A stretch of 54,443 nucleotides of DNA from a virus (lineage: Duplodnaviria; Caudoviricetes), in the IMG/VR virus record IMGVR_UViG_3300021379_001249, positions 1 to 54,443 of that record; one strand, written 5' to 3'. The position numbers and the translations under genes were made by a program. The notes under the pieces were generated by a model that searched no databases, had not been told where the DNA came from, and saw nothing but the letters and a program-made list of their open reading frames with translations. Below, in pieces: positions 36,809 through 46,692 of this stretch (the stretch's first letter is position 1; each line of letters starts with the position of its first letter).

Positions 36809-38298
36809 TTCATAACCTCCGTTATTGATGTTACACCTAGGACAACTTGCAAGGACTCAAGTTTGTCCGCCTCTTCATTAAGTGTGCCTAAAATTTTTCT
36901 GATTCCGTGTATACTTAGTTGCTTTTGCACGGACTGCACTCTCAATGCCTGAGAACTTTCAACTAAGATATTAGTTTTACCATCTTGTGCTTTCAATGCA
37001 GTTTCTTTAGTGCTTGAGATACCGAGAGTATTTGTAATACCATCATTAATAGCGGTTGAACAAGATGATAGCGATTCATACAAAGTAGCTGAGAATATAG
37101 TGCTTGAACTACTAACAATTCTTCTTTGTCCTTCACTTGCTCTAGCACCACCCGATAAAATTGGAGCGTGACTGAAACCAAGTTTATAAAATGCTTGTCC
37201 TGCACCAACCTCAGGTTCAGGTTCGCCTCCAGCGTCAAGTGGTAGTACTTTAAGATTTTGATCCCAACTTCTTGGATTACTCAGAGCTCCAGAGTTGTCT
37301 AAGTAAACTGAAACTCCAGTTCCAAGTGTAGCAGTTGAAGCAATACTGATTGTTTGAGGGGTAAATGGATCCGTATCAAATGGTATGTCAAACCTCTTTC
37401 TACCACCTGTCTGAAAACCTGCTGGATCTTCAAGAACTCTAAATGAGACAAACGTTCCGTCTGCCTCAGGAGCTGATGCTGCTGCTCCCGTAGGTGAAGC
37501 GATAGTCAAAATATTTACAACAACACCTGTGCTGCCAATGCCAGTTGAAGGAATAGATCGAATGTCTTGCGTGGTTGTTCCCACTCCAACTATTTTTGTG
37601 GTTTGAGAAATAACAGACGTTTTACCTGAACTTACGATCACCTGATTAGTTCCAAATGTAAGTCCCGATCCTACAGGTTGCATTACAGTAATAAAAGTTG
37701 AACCAATGCTGCAAGTTCCAATAAACTCACCCACTAATGTGTCACCGATATCTTTATCAAAAGGTTCTGAATATATTTTAAGTCCATATCTATTTCTTCT
37801 GTCTAAAGCAAAATACGGATCAGTTATTATATCAGCAGTATCATATTCTTCTTCAAAAAGATTTGAAAAAGTTTGGTTAATGGGATAAAAACTGACAATG
37901 CCTGTGGTGCCCACATAAGCAACAGTGCTACCTATACCTGAAGTTGAACGAAGATTTCGATCTGTGGGTTGATATCCAAGTCCGTTAAGTCTAGTACACT
38001 CAAGCGTATAATCATCAGGATCAGCACCACCACTTGCTTGAAAATCAACCACTCTCCAAAATAAATCGCTCACACAATCACTATCAATTGCATCTTCATA
38101 TGCACTGGCAACATCATCAAAAGATCGATTCACAACATTCAAGTCTTCAAGGACTTGTGTTTCTATTTTTATAATACCTGTATCGTATAATAACTTTTGA
38201 TCGTCAAGTTCAAGGATAGTAGTTTGAAGAGTTTCAATATTTTGAATCTTAAATTCAATATCCTCTTGTGCTTGTTTTTGTAAATTAGTTGAAAGCAT
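36805..38298 (-). CDS. Putative virion structural protein (coiled-coil termini, VGVGT-rich core)
   Basis: Long ORF in the baseplate operon; helical N- and C-terminal segments. Confidence 0.6.
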   Translation of the reverse strand: MLSTNLQKQAQEDIEFKIQNIETLQTTILELDDQKLLYDTGIIKIETQVLEDLNVVNRSFDDVASAYEDAIDSDCVSDLFWRVVDFQASGGADPDDYTLECTRLNGLGYQPTDRNLRSTSGIGSTVAYVGTTGIVSFYPINQTFSNLFEEEYDTADIITDPYFALDRRNRYGLKIYSEPFDKDIGDTLVGEFIGTCSIGSTFITVMQPVGSGLTFGTNQVIVSSGKTSVISQTTKIVGVGTTTQDIRSIPSTGIGSTGVVVNILTIASPTGAAASAPEADGTFVSFRVLEDPAGFQTGGRKRFDIPFDTDPFTPQTISIASTATLGTGVSVYLDNSGALSNPRSWDQNLKVLPLDAGGEPEPEVGAGQAFYKLGFSHAPILSGGARASEGQRRIVSSSSTIFSATLYESLSSCSTAINDGITNTLGISSTKETALKAQDGKTNILVESSQALRVQSVQKQLSIHGIRKILGTLNEEADKLESLQVVLGVTSITEVMK

Positions 38299-38301
38299 TT
38301 T

Positions 38302-39306
38302 TTATTCCCTCACATCATAATGAAATCCAGCGATAGAATATTCAGTGTTATCTCCTGGATAGTCTGCTGCTGACTCTCCATCATATTCTACCACAAGTGG
38401 TTGATCAGATAACCTGTCAACCCACACTTGGTAGAAACACTGAACATTAGTCAGATGATTTCCTGCAATTATAATTCTATCCTCCTGAATATCTTTTACG
38501 TACAAATCATCCTTTCTTCCAAATGGAGTTAAGTTTACTGTAATTGTATCATAATCAACTAAACCTTTCCAGTATTCTGGTAACTTGATGATATGATTAC
38601 CATCAAGTTTTCCCCTTATGTAAATAGCAGACTCTGGCCCTTCTACACAAATATGCCTGACTCTTTTGCCCTTTCTGGTGGGGTGAGCGAGATCAAAACC
38701 TTTTCTAGATGATAAAGTTTTTCCACTCTTTTTAGATAAAACATCTGCACCAGTGATTAAACTGGTTGATACTAAAGGCCCATTAACAACAGTGGGGCCT
38801 GCTAATGCTTTCGCTGACGCTCTGAACTCGGCACCTGCTTGTGCCTGTGCTCCAGTTTCAACCGTTGCGCCGGTATCAACCTGAACACCAAGTTTTTTCA
38901 TCAATGCGATGAACTTTGTTTCAAGTGGTGAGAAAGTTAATTTTGAAGTTAAGTTTGTTTCGATAACAATGGTGGTTGCCATTGTGATACCAACTGGGCC
39001 AAGGGGATCACCAAGAACAACATCAATGGGTGTTGATGCCGGAGGAGGAAGTCCTCTAATATGAAAAATAGAAGGTGCCTTTGCCGCCAAAGGGTTACTG
39101 ATGGGATCTGGCCTTGTAACCATCATCGCAGCAGTGTGAATAGGATGAAGTATAGGACTTCCAACCATCACACCACCATTAAAGAATCCTGTGCCAGGAA
39201 TGGCAGCAGCACCTGTCAGATAAGCAGCGCAAGGAATAGGTATTGATCCTTGAGGGGAAAAGTTTACCTGTAGTTGTTTACCGATATGTATGTCTGATAC
39301 TTCCAT
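38302..39306 (-). CDS. Baseplate spike/needle-associated protein with FD..HP..R.RH.C.EGPE C-terminal domain
   Basis: Downstream of the gp5-like gene; C-terminal motif typical of phage fibre/spike terminal domains. Confidence 0.55.
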   Translation of the reverse strand: MEVSDIHIGKQLQVNFSPQGSIPIPCAAYLTGAAAIPGTGFFNGGVMVGSPILHPIHTAAMMVTRPDPISNPLAAKAPSIFHIRGLPPPASTPIDVVLGDPLGPVGITMATTIVIETNLTSKLTFSPLETKFIALMKKLGVQVDTGATVETGAQAQAGAEFRASAKALAGPTVVNGPLVSTSLITGADVLSKKSGKTLSSRKGFDLAHPTRKGKRVRHICVEGPESAIYIRGKLDGNHIIKLPEYWKGLVDYDTITVNLTPFGRKDDLYVKDIQEDRIIIAGNHLTNVQCFYQVWVDRLSDQPLVVEYDGESAADYPGDNTEYSIAGFHYDVRE

Positions 39307-39924
39307 TTATAATAGACTCTGTAAAAGTTTTTTAAGTGTCTCAGCGTATTGAATTGGAGACATTGAACCCGATCCAGTGAATGAAGTAACGGGAGATACA
39401 TCAGGAGATTCACTTACTTTAAAAGTTCCTGCATCAACCTTAACACGTTGTCCAGAGTTGATGTTTACGTTTCTCTCTGCTGCCATTCCAATGGCATCCG
39501 CTGCAACTACTCTAACTTCACTAGATGCCATGTCTATTGTTGAATTAGAGTTAATATTAACAAACCCGGTAGTCGATCCATTGCCATTTGCAATAAGATC
39601 AATATCCTGTGCCATTATTCTCACTCTGCCTCTAGGTGCATATAATATTATGTCACCATTTTCAGCATATGTAATTGCAGAAACACCATCAACTGGTTTT
39701 TCACCACATCTAACATTATACACGGATGGCGCAGAAACGTTAATGGCACCATCAAGGTTACCACTCATCTGAAGTCCGATATATTGTGCTCTTTTAAAAG
39801 TTGAAGGAAAAATACGACGAATCATTACCGCCATCTTATTATTCCTTGCATCAGTGGTGTCAAGGACAAGTTCACCAGTGGTGTTGCCAAACCTATTATA
39901 ATCTGGACATTCTACTGCTGCCAT
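39307..39924 (-). CDS. Putative gp5 C-terminal-like beta-helix spike protein
   Basis: AENGDIIL.AP.GR.RI.A.DI...I.S...I repeats; translationally coupled to the gp5-like gene. Confidence 0.5.
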   Translation of the reverse strand: MAAVECPDYNRFGNTTGELVLDTTDARNNKMAVMIRRIFPSTFKRAQYIGLQMSGNLDGAINVSAPSVYNVRCGEKPVDGVSAITYAENGDIILYAPRGRVRIMAQDIDLIANGNGSTTGFVNINSNSTIDMASSEVRVVAADAIGMAAERNVNINSGQRVKVDAGTFKVSESPDVSPVTSFTGSGSMSPIQYAETLKKLLQSLL

Positions 39925-42900
39925 TATACCTTACCTACACAATCGATTACTTGTAGAGTTGGAGTTCCGAATGGAACAACGAATCCAGAGTCATTAGCAT
40001 TAACAAATCCTAATATTGGTTTCAAATCAGCATTAAATCCGGTTCTTGTATTTATTTTAATATCAGGAAGGACTGTGTATCCAATACCAGGGTTTGTAAT
40101 GTTGACACCTAATATCTTACCATCTTGAATGATCAAATCACCAACATTACTTGTGTCTCCGGGTTCATATCCAAATCCAGGGTTCGCAACAAATACACCG
40201 TCAAGAGTGCTGATGAAATCATCTCCAGAAGAACCGGGGCCAGGAGGACATCCTGGTGCTGTGACAGTAACACTGAACTCAGGTATTTTGCCCCAGTTAG
40301 GATCAAGCAGTTTCTCTCTCATCTTAGGGCCAACTCTCAAGAAGAACTTATTCTCCAAGAAAAATCTAATATCTTGCTCAGTAAATCCTTGATCAAATGC
40401 TCTTTGTGCATCAACATCAAAACCGAATTGATACCTTACTCCAGTCTCATAAACCTTTCCATAAGAATAATCAAACTGTGTCATATCTTTAATCATAGGA
40501 TTGGTGCCAGTTATGACACAACCTGGCAGCAAATCTTCAGTAAAGTTTTCATCAATAACTACTGGATTTTCACCAGGTAAAGTGATGGTGTCTCCATAAA
40601 ATAGGGTGATAGTTTGTCCCTCAGTGTGAGGAATATCCCAATCAAAGTTTGCTCTATGCACAGAGGTTTGACATCTATTTGCCCATACTCTTCCGCTTCC
40701 CCCTTTGTCACCAATTGGGAAACTATCATATCCATATCCAGGATCAAGCATAACCACATCAGACACCCCGTTTGATAGGGTGGTATCATCTTCCGCTCTT
40801 AGATTAATATTGAAACCTCTAACATAAGTTGCCTGCCTTCCAGGTTCTAGACTGTTTGTCATATCAAAAGCAACCTTAAATCTGGTGGCAGAAACAGATT
40901 GAGGATAGGTTGATGATAATGTAATTGATCTATCAGACGCTACAAGTCCACTTGCTCTAAGTCGTTTTGTTACACCAGTAACTTTTAAATCAGGATTGTC
41001 ACCGAAATCTCTTACATCAATGTAATACCCAATGCTACCGACAAGGTGTCCTTCTGTTCCAGTGCCATCATAGACAACTGTCTCTATAATCTCTTCGTCA
41101 GTAACAGTTATGCTAACGGGAGATGTAGGAGCATAAAAAGCAAATCCGTAAGCATTATGAGTTCTATCTAAAAAATATTCAGGTGATCCTTCGTTTATAT
41201 CACTTGTAAACAAGACATCATTGTTATTAGTCTTTGCGTAGAGCAATGTGGTTGGTATTTCTCCACCATCAATCTTAAACGGACGATTTCCAGTGGCAGG
41301 GAAAACGTAAGCGGTGTAACTACTTAATGGTTTTCCTGCATTGCTTCGATTCCCTTCCTCATCATCAATAAGGCGGATAGTTCCCGGTGGTTGAGGGCCA
41401 ACAAACACATTAGCTAATATACCTTCATTAGTATATCCTTCAGGAGGTGTGCTATTTAAACCAGTGAAATGATCTAAGGTGGTTGGATTATAATATCTGT
41501 ATAATGGAGTCGTGGTGAATGTTACTGAATTGACATTTCTAGTTGTTTCAGTGCGTGCTTCGATTTCATTATATCTTGTTACCGTAATGAAATCTGTGAG
41601 GGATGGATCAATGGTAATAGTTCCCTGAACATCAGTAATATCATATGTCTGTTCAGTAATGTCAGTGTCACCGTTCTCAATATCAGTGCCTCCATTGATA
41701 CCTCCTCCACCAACCTGATCAATGACAGTGATTCCTCTTGCACCCTTTCCCTTACCACAAGCATCCTCAAATTCTATTAGAGGGGGACTGGTGTATCCAC
41801 TACCAGGAGTGACTATTTGAACTCCAAGTATTTCACCAACTGCGTTGACAACAGCATTTCCTGAGGCACCTGTGCCACCACCACCCCAGAATTTGACGAT
41901 AGGAGGGCCACAATTTACAGCACCAGTGTTGCACGAACCGTCAATAACACTCTGCCATATCGTGCCCATATTGAGATCACTGAGGGGATTATAAGGTGAT
42001 CCGTCACTGTTAGAGAAATTGACTATCGAATCAACCTCATTTCCAAACTCATCAAATACACTTTCAAATGTTGTCGTTATATTTCCCACACCAGTCGAAA
42101 CATCTCTTACAAGTCCTTGTGCCTGAGTAAAGATGTTATTAAAATCTATGACTTCTTTGGGTGCAGATGATCCATTTAAGAAGTCCCATTTCTCAGTCTG
42201 AGGGCACTCGTTCTTAACAGGACATTTAAAGAAGTCTAATAGATCAATGACGAATTGAATTAATTCATTTGCAAAGTTAATACCTTTTCCAAGAAGTTCC
42301 GTAAAGGTTGAAAGAATTGAGTTGATCGATCCAACAATATTACCTAAAATATTTCCTACAATACCACCAAAAATATTCTGAACTAAACAATCTGCTGCAT
42401 TTAGAATCTTATTGATAATGGTTCTCAATATGTTTGCAACAATATCTTCCAGTCCAGAAAGGATTCTATAGAACAAACATGAGATAGCAGAGAGTGCTTT
42501 ATCACTTGCTTCATTGGCAAGGTATCTTGCACTGAGTGGTACATTACCTATTAAGTTATTGACAACTGTTGTTATCTTTCTCAGCACCCATTTTCTAACT
42601 TCCTGCATTAAAGCAGCAATAATTCTTGAGATGTCTCCTGCTGCATTGGCCAATGAAATATCAAATTCTTGATCACCAATACCGATACCACTAGCAATTT
42701 TAGCATTGTTTATGCTGTTTCGTGCATCTTTTCCAAACTGTTGAGCGGTGACAAGAAAACTATCATCTCCAGTGATACCTGTTTTAATTGCCTCCACTTC
42801 TCTAATTAATTTTTCAATAGCATCATTAACACCAGCAACATTTACCTTTTCGCAAGATGCGGGTTTAGGAAATTTGGGAAGTGGTGTATCATAATCAACA

Positions 42901-43418
42901 GTAGTATCAAAATAAGATACGTCCTGAGAATCATACAATTCACCAGAATTAAATCCATTTTTTAACTCATTGAGAAAAGTATGAGGAACTACCGAATCAG
43001 TAACAAACCCACTAAGTGCTTGTTCTCCTGTACTGTCATCAAATCCTCGAAGAAGATTGGAAATATAATTAGGAACTATTTTTTCAATAAAAAGAGTGCC
43101 ACTATCAGGATCTTTTGAAACGTAGACAAAATCGTTTGGTACATACCTTATTATACCAACCGTTTGTGCTCCCTTACCGCTAGAAGTTGCAACCGGATAA
43201 GCGACAGGGAGTTTATTTTCTGGTTTATCTGGAGGATCTTCTCCAAGAATACGAACTCTGTATCGAGCAGCAACAACGTCAGGTTTTACACTACCAAACT
43301 TTTCAGTATCATGTGTGTCTAATTGTGTAAAAGTACCAACAATCACAGCAATTTTTCTCTGGGTGTCAGCCCAGAGTTTTACTATCTTTTTAGAATCGTA
43401 TCTGCTCTCTAATCCCAT
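39924..43418 (-). CDS. Baseplate hub gp5-like protein (1164 aa)
   Basis: N-terminal RYRVRILG..P...LP.A OB-fold motif of gp5; helical middle; V..PG.GY..PP repeats; ends VIDCVGK. Confidence 0.65.
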   Translation of the reverse strand: MGLESRYDSKKIVKLWADTQRKIAVIVGTFTQLDTHDTEKFGSVKPDVVAARYRVRILGEDPPDKPENKLPVAYPVATSSGKGAQTVGIIRYVPNDFVYVSKDPDSGTLFIEKIVPNYISNLLRGFDDSTGEQALSGFVTDSVVPHTFLNELKNGFNSGELYDSQDVSYFDTTVDYDTPLPKFPKPASCEKVNVAGVNDAIEKLIREVEAIKTGITGDDSFLVTAQQFGKDARNSINNAKIASGIGIGDQEFDISLANAAGDISRIIAALMQEVRKWVLRKITTVVNNLIGNVPLSARYLANEASDKALSAISCLFYRILSGLEDIVANILRTIINKILNAADCLVQNIFGGIVGNILGNIVGSINSILSTFTELLGKGINFANELIQFVIDLLDFFKCPVKNECPQTEKWDFLNGSSAPKEVIDFNNIFTQAQGLVRDVSTGVGNITTTFESVFDEFGNEVDSIVNFSNSDGSPYNPLSDLNMGTIWQSVIDGSCNTGAVNCGPPIVKFWGGGGTGASGNAVVNAVGEILGVQIVTPGSGYTSPPLIEFEDACGKGKGARGITVIDQVGGGGINGGTDIENGDTDITEQTYDITDVQGTITIDPSLTDFITVTRYNEIEARTETTRNVNSVTFTTTPLYRYYNPTTLDHFTGLNSTPPEGYTNEGILANVFVGPQPPGTIRLIDDEEGNRSNAGKPLSSYTAYVFPATGNRPFKIDGGEIPTTLLYAKTNNNDVLFTSDINEGSPEYFLDRTHNAYGFAFYAPTSPVSITVTDEEIIETVVYDGTGTEGHLVGSIGYYIDVRDFGDNPDLKVTGVTKRLRASGLVASDRSITLSSTYPQSVSATRFKVAFDMTNSLEPGRQATYVRGFNINLRAEDDTTLSNGVSDVVMLDPGYGYDSFPIGDKGGSGRVWANRCQTSVHRANFDWDIPHTEGQTITLFYGDTITLPGENPVVIDENFTEDLLPGCVITGTNPMIKDMTQFDYSYGKVYETGVRYQFGFDVDAQRAFDQGFTEQDIRFFLENKFFLRVGPKMREKLLDPNWGKIPEFSVTVTAPGCPPGPGSSGDDFISTLDGVFVANPGFGYEPGDTSNVGDLIIQDGKILGVNITNPGIGYTVLPDIKINTRTGFNADLKPILGFVNANDSGFVVPFGTPTLQVIDCVGKV

Positions 43419-43421
43419 CTA

Positions 43422-43649
43422 TCAGTTGTCGTGTGTTTTACACTCAGGTGCGCCAGGCTCCATCTCACAAAAGAGTTCAAGTGCAGTGGGATCGTGGTGA
43501 TCACCTGCTTCAATTTCTTCCTTATGATTTTCAACGTAAACTTCAAGTTCGTGAAGTTCTTCTTCGATGTGGCGGCGTTGTTGTGGAGACGTTGTGGGAT
43601 TCTCAAGAATCTCCTTGTCCGTTTGGATGTGCTTTTCTACGCTTTCCAT
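43422..43649 (-). CDS. cp12: CP12 Calvin-cycle inhibitor (auxiliary metabolic gene)
   Basis: MESVEKHI..DKEIL.NP..SPQ.RRH.EEEL.EL and C-terminal DPT.LELFC...P.APEC cysteine pair. Confidence 0.9.
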   Translation of the reverse strand: MESVEKHIQTDKEILENPTTSPQQRRHIEEELHELEVYVENHKEEIEAGDHHDPTALELFCEMEPGAPECKTHDN

Positions 43650-44959
43650 TAGTTTTTAACTCCGTAAGAATCTCTGACTAGGTTAAGTCCGGTGAATGCC
43701 TGTGTAGGCGTACTGTAATGACACAAATCCGCTATCATATATATGCCACTATCTTTGGGGCTCCTTGACTGACTCTTCTTTTGTGAAGTTTCAGGAAACT
43801 TACAGAACACCAGATCTCCGGCATTTAATGATAGATCTGCATCAATCACTATATTAAGCGATGAACTGAACTTTTGCCTATAATTTTGTTTGGATTGTTG
43901 TGACGTGCTAACAATATCAAAACTACTACTATCTACATTACCATTATCACTTGATATTGCAGCTAAAGTTCCATCAGATAAAACCTTCTGTCCGTCATCT
44001 TTTATTTGATGTAGTTCATCAGTTATCTCTCCATCGTAATCTTTATTTACGATTGGTAAATTGATTCCAGCAATTACTCCATTTCCTTCTGATGGTGATG
44101 TTCTTGGAATAATTCTAAATCTTTCTTCTGATCCTAGGTTATCAAACAAATCTAGTTCAGTGTTATATGCTCCCTCTTCAAACTGTCTGAGCATATCATT
44201 AATAAGAACAAAACTAGATTTAAGAATCTTGCCATCGAAACCGGCGCTTACACGATTATCAGCAAATCCAGTCTCTTCAAATTTTTTGATAACTTTTCCA
44301 GTAGTATCAAACATCTTATCAAGAGATTTGAAATTAAAACCTCTTGATGTTTCCCAAAACAAATATCCTGCACTATTAATACCCTCAGGAACTGATACCT
44401 TCTGAACATCAAGACACATTTCAAAAGGATATCGATTATCTCCATTAAATTGAATCTCATTTTTTGATGATTCTGACGATAGAATCTTCTCAGTTCCTAA
44501 GTTTCTTAATGCTTGAGTAATCAAGACATCTGCTTTTCCGATATAACTATCAGTCATTCTATTTTTCACAAGAGTATTATCATATGCTTCTTTTGAAACC
44601 ACTCTGATTGAGCACGATGATTCTCTTACACCCTTACCTGCAAAGACAGTTTTACCAACTCGCAAATCATTATCACCAGACAGATCAATCTGATTACCAA
44701 ATTGATCTTCAAGTTTTAGTTTGAACGTTTCAGTACCTTGCAGTTTGATTGATTCTAAAACGCCTATAGTGCCCTTAGAACCATCTTTTGAATTGGTGGC
44801 AGTGCCAGTATCAATGATCGTCATATCAACTGTTATATAAGGACACAGCACACTCTCACGGTATTCAAGAACGGGAACACCTGCCCTGAGATCAACAGAG
44901 TCTTCGTTCTCGTTAGAGAATACCTCTAATACTTTGTGATTGAGAGACTTTCCTTGCAT
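43649..44959 (-). CDS. Baseplate hub protein (gp27-like tail protein)
   Basis: Y.ESV..P.IT...I.DTG N-term, GYLFWET..GFNFKSLD, L.AGD.V...SG.YMI..LCH..T.L.LVRDS C-term. Confidence 0.65.
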   Translation of the reverse strand: MQGKSLNHKVLEVFSNENEDSVDLRAGVPVLEYRESVLCPYITVDMTIIDTGTATNSKDGSKGTIGVLESIKLQGTETFKLKLEDQFGNQIDLSGDNDLRVGKTVFAGKGVRESSCSIRVVSKEAYDNTLVKNRMTDSYIGKADVLITQALRNLGTEKILSSESSKNEIQFNGDNRYPFEMCLDVQKVSVPEGINSAGYLFWETSRGFNFKSLDKMFDTTGKVIKKFEETGFADNRVSAGFDGKILKSSFVLINDMLRQFEEGAYNTELDLFDNLGSEERFRIIPRTSPSEGNGVIAGINLPIVNKDYDGEITDELHQIKDDGQKVLSDGTLAAISSDNGNVDSSSFDIVSTSQQSKQNYRQKFSSSLNIVIDADLSLNAGDLVFCKFPETSQKKSQSRSPKDSGIYMIADLCHYSTPTQAFTGLNLVRDSYGVKN

Positions 44960-46692
44960 TATGCTGCTGGTACTAGTACTTCTTTTTCTACTCGTTGAAG
45001 GGCAATAACAACTTCTCTAGTTTTTACAATACCCTGACTACCATATGTAGTCGGGCTGTTCAAACCATCAGACATATTTCTATTTACACTCGACACTATA
45101 GTCGGTTTTGATGTACTACTCTGATTACCTATTTCAGTTTCATTTTGCTGAGGTGCTTTTGGAGTGACAACGGGATCTTTTGGTTTTACTTTAGGAGGAG
45201 TTGTATCTTTAGATTTTAAGAATTGTTTTCTAATCAACGCCTCAGTGCCTGCACCTGCTCCAATGGATCCTGCAAGAACAGCAACACCCGCTACAGTTCC
45301 GACACCAGATACACCCAATGCACTACCAACCATCAAACCAGCAGAGGTTACCAACCATCCCAATCCATAAGCTGAAAGTTTGACAACTGCAGCATTTACA
45401 TCTCCATTAAGTAAATCCTGTTCTACTTCTTTAGCTAGACTGTATAAACTCAAAAGTCTAAGAGATCTTCCAAGAAATCTCCTTACACCCATGGGAACTT
45501 TATCAATCAATCCGATACCTGGTATTTTTGTAGATCCAATTCTCTTTAAAGCATCAGCAGAGTTACCCATCTTGCTTTGTAATGATTTTGCAAAATCACC
45601 TAAAGCAACTTTTCCCTTTTCAATTGAACCAAGAACTTGCCTTCCTCTTCCTAAAAACCTTTCATATAACGATAATTTTTTAGGTTCTGGTATGGTTGGT
45701 GTTGTGGGTTTTGATTCAATAGGAGAATAAGGCCCTCTAATTCTTTGAGATGGCGTTAAATCAACTGGATCAACTGGACTTGCTGTCCTGGCGATTTGCA
45801 GTTCGAGTCTTTGTTTTAAAATATTATTTGCCGCTGCTCGTACATCAGCAGGCATCTTTGCATCGTCTGCTATTTTTGCAATTTGAGGATAACTGTATTC
45901 CTTTGCAAGTGTTTTTTCAAGATTTGTTCTTAATGGGTTGAATTTTGGTATCTCACCTCTATCTGTAAAAATAGTTGATGGCCCTTTAGCACCCGCACCG
46001 GTTAAAGCTGGTGATTTACTAAAAGTCTTTCTCTTAACATTGACAGCAGGTTTAGCAGGTTGTCTTGTTAATGATTTTATCGGTGTCTTAGCAGGTGTCT
46101 TAGCAGGTGTCTTAGCAGGTGGCTGAGATCCAGCAGGGGACGTAGGCCCTGGTGGATCTTTAGGTGCGGTTAACTGTCCTAGTTTGCCTGCGAGTCCAAG
46201 AATGCCACGAATTATAATATTAAATTCAGAATCAAATTCCTTAAAAGGATTCATCCCTATGACAAAATCACCAATACCTACAAATATATTAAAAATATCT
46301 TTTCCTAAATTATAAACATCTTTTAGAAAAGGAACAACTTGTTCTTCAAAAAATTTCTTTGCGTTAATAGCAAACTCTTTTAACTTTTCAATTATTGTTT
46401 TAATTGCGATTGCAATTTTATCAATATTTTTTACAATTAATCCAAGCAATGTAAAGGCACCAAATCTTATTACTGTATCTAATATATCACCACCAGGTTT
46501 CATTTTATTTGTTAAACCACCAGCAGCACCCTTTAAATCACCTAAAAACTTTTTGGTTTCAATTCTATTCTCACGCTTTTCAATTTTTTCCGCAGTATCT
46601 TTTTTCTTTTTATCACTAAATCTTTTACTTCTTATGTCAAAATTTTTCTTGTAAGTATCAACAACCGTAGTGAACTCAGTAAGTTTAATCAT
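44959..46692 (-). CDS. Tape-measure-like/ejected virion protein
   Basis: Helical, K-rich, with hydrophobic G/A segments; N-terminal part paralogous to 46689-48497 (KRE.RIE..K...DTVIRF.AFTLLG.IVK). Confidence 0.5.
   Translation of the reverse strand: MIKLTEFTTVVDTYKKNFDIRSKRFSDKKKKDTAEKIEKRENRIETKKFLGDLKGAAGGLTNKMKPGGDILDTVIRFGAFTLLGLIVKNIDKIAIAIKTIIEKLKEFAINAKKFFEEQVVPFLKDVYNLGKDIFNIFVGIGDFVIGMNPFKEFDSEFNIIIRGILGLAGKLGQLTAPKDPPGPTSPAGSQPPAKTPAKTPAKTPIKSLTRQPAKPAVNVKRKTFSKSPALTGAGAKGPSTIFTDRGEIPKFNPLRTNLEKTLAKEYSYPQIAKIADDAKMPADVRAAANNILKQRLELQIARTASPVDPVDLTPSQRIRGPYSPIESKPTTPTIPEPKKLSLYERFLGRGRQVLGSIEKGKVALGDFAKSLQSKMGNSADALKRIGSTKIPGIGLIDKVPMGVRRFLGRSLRLLSLYSLAKEVEQDLLNGDVNAAVVKLSAYGLGWLVTSAGLMVGSALGVSGVGTVAGVAVLAGSIGAGAGTEALIRKQFLKSKDTTPPKVKPKDPVVTPKAPQQNETEIGNQSSTSKPTIVSSVNRNMSDGLNSPTTYGSQGIVKTREVVIALQRVEKEVLVPAA
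46082..46117 (-). repeat. 12-bp tandem repeat x3 (encodes PAKT)
   Basis: ggtgtcttagca repeated three times. Confidence 0.9.
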
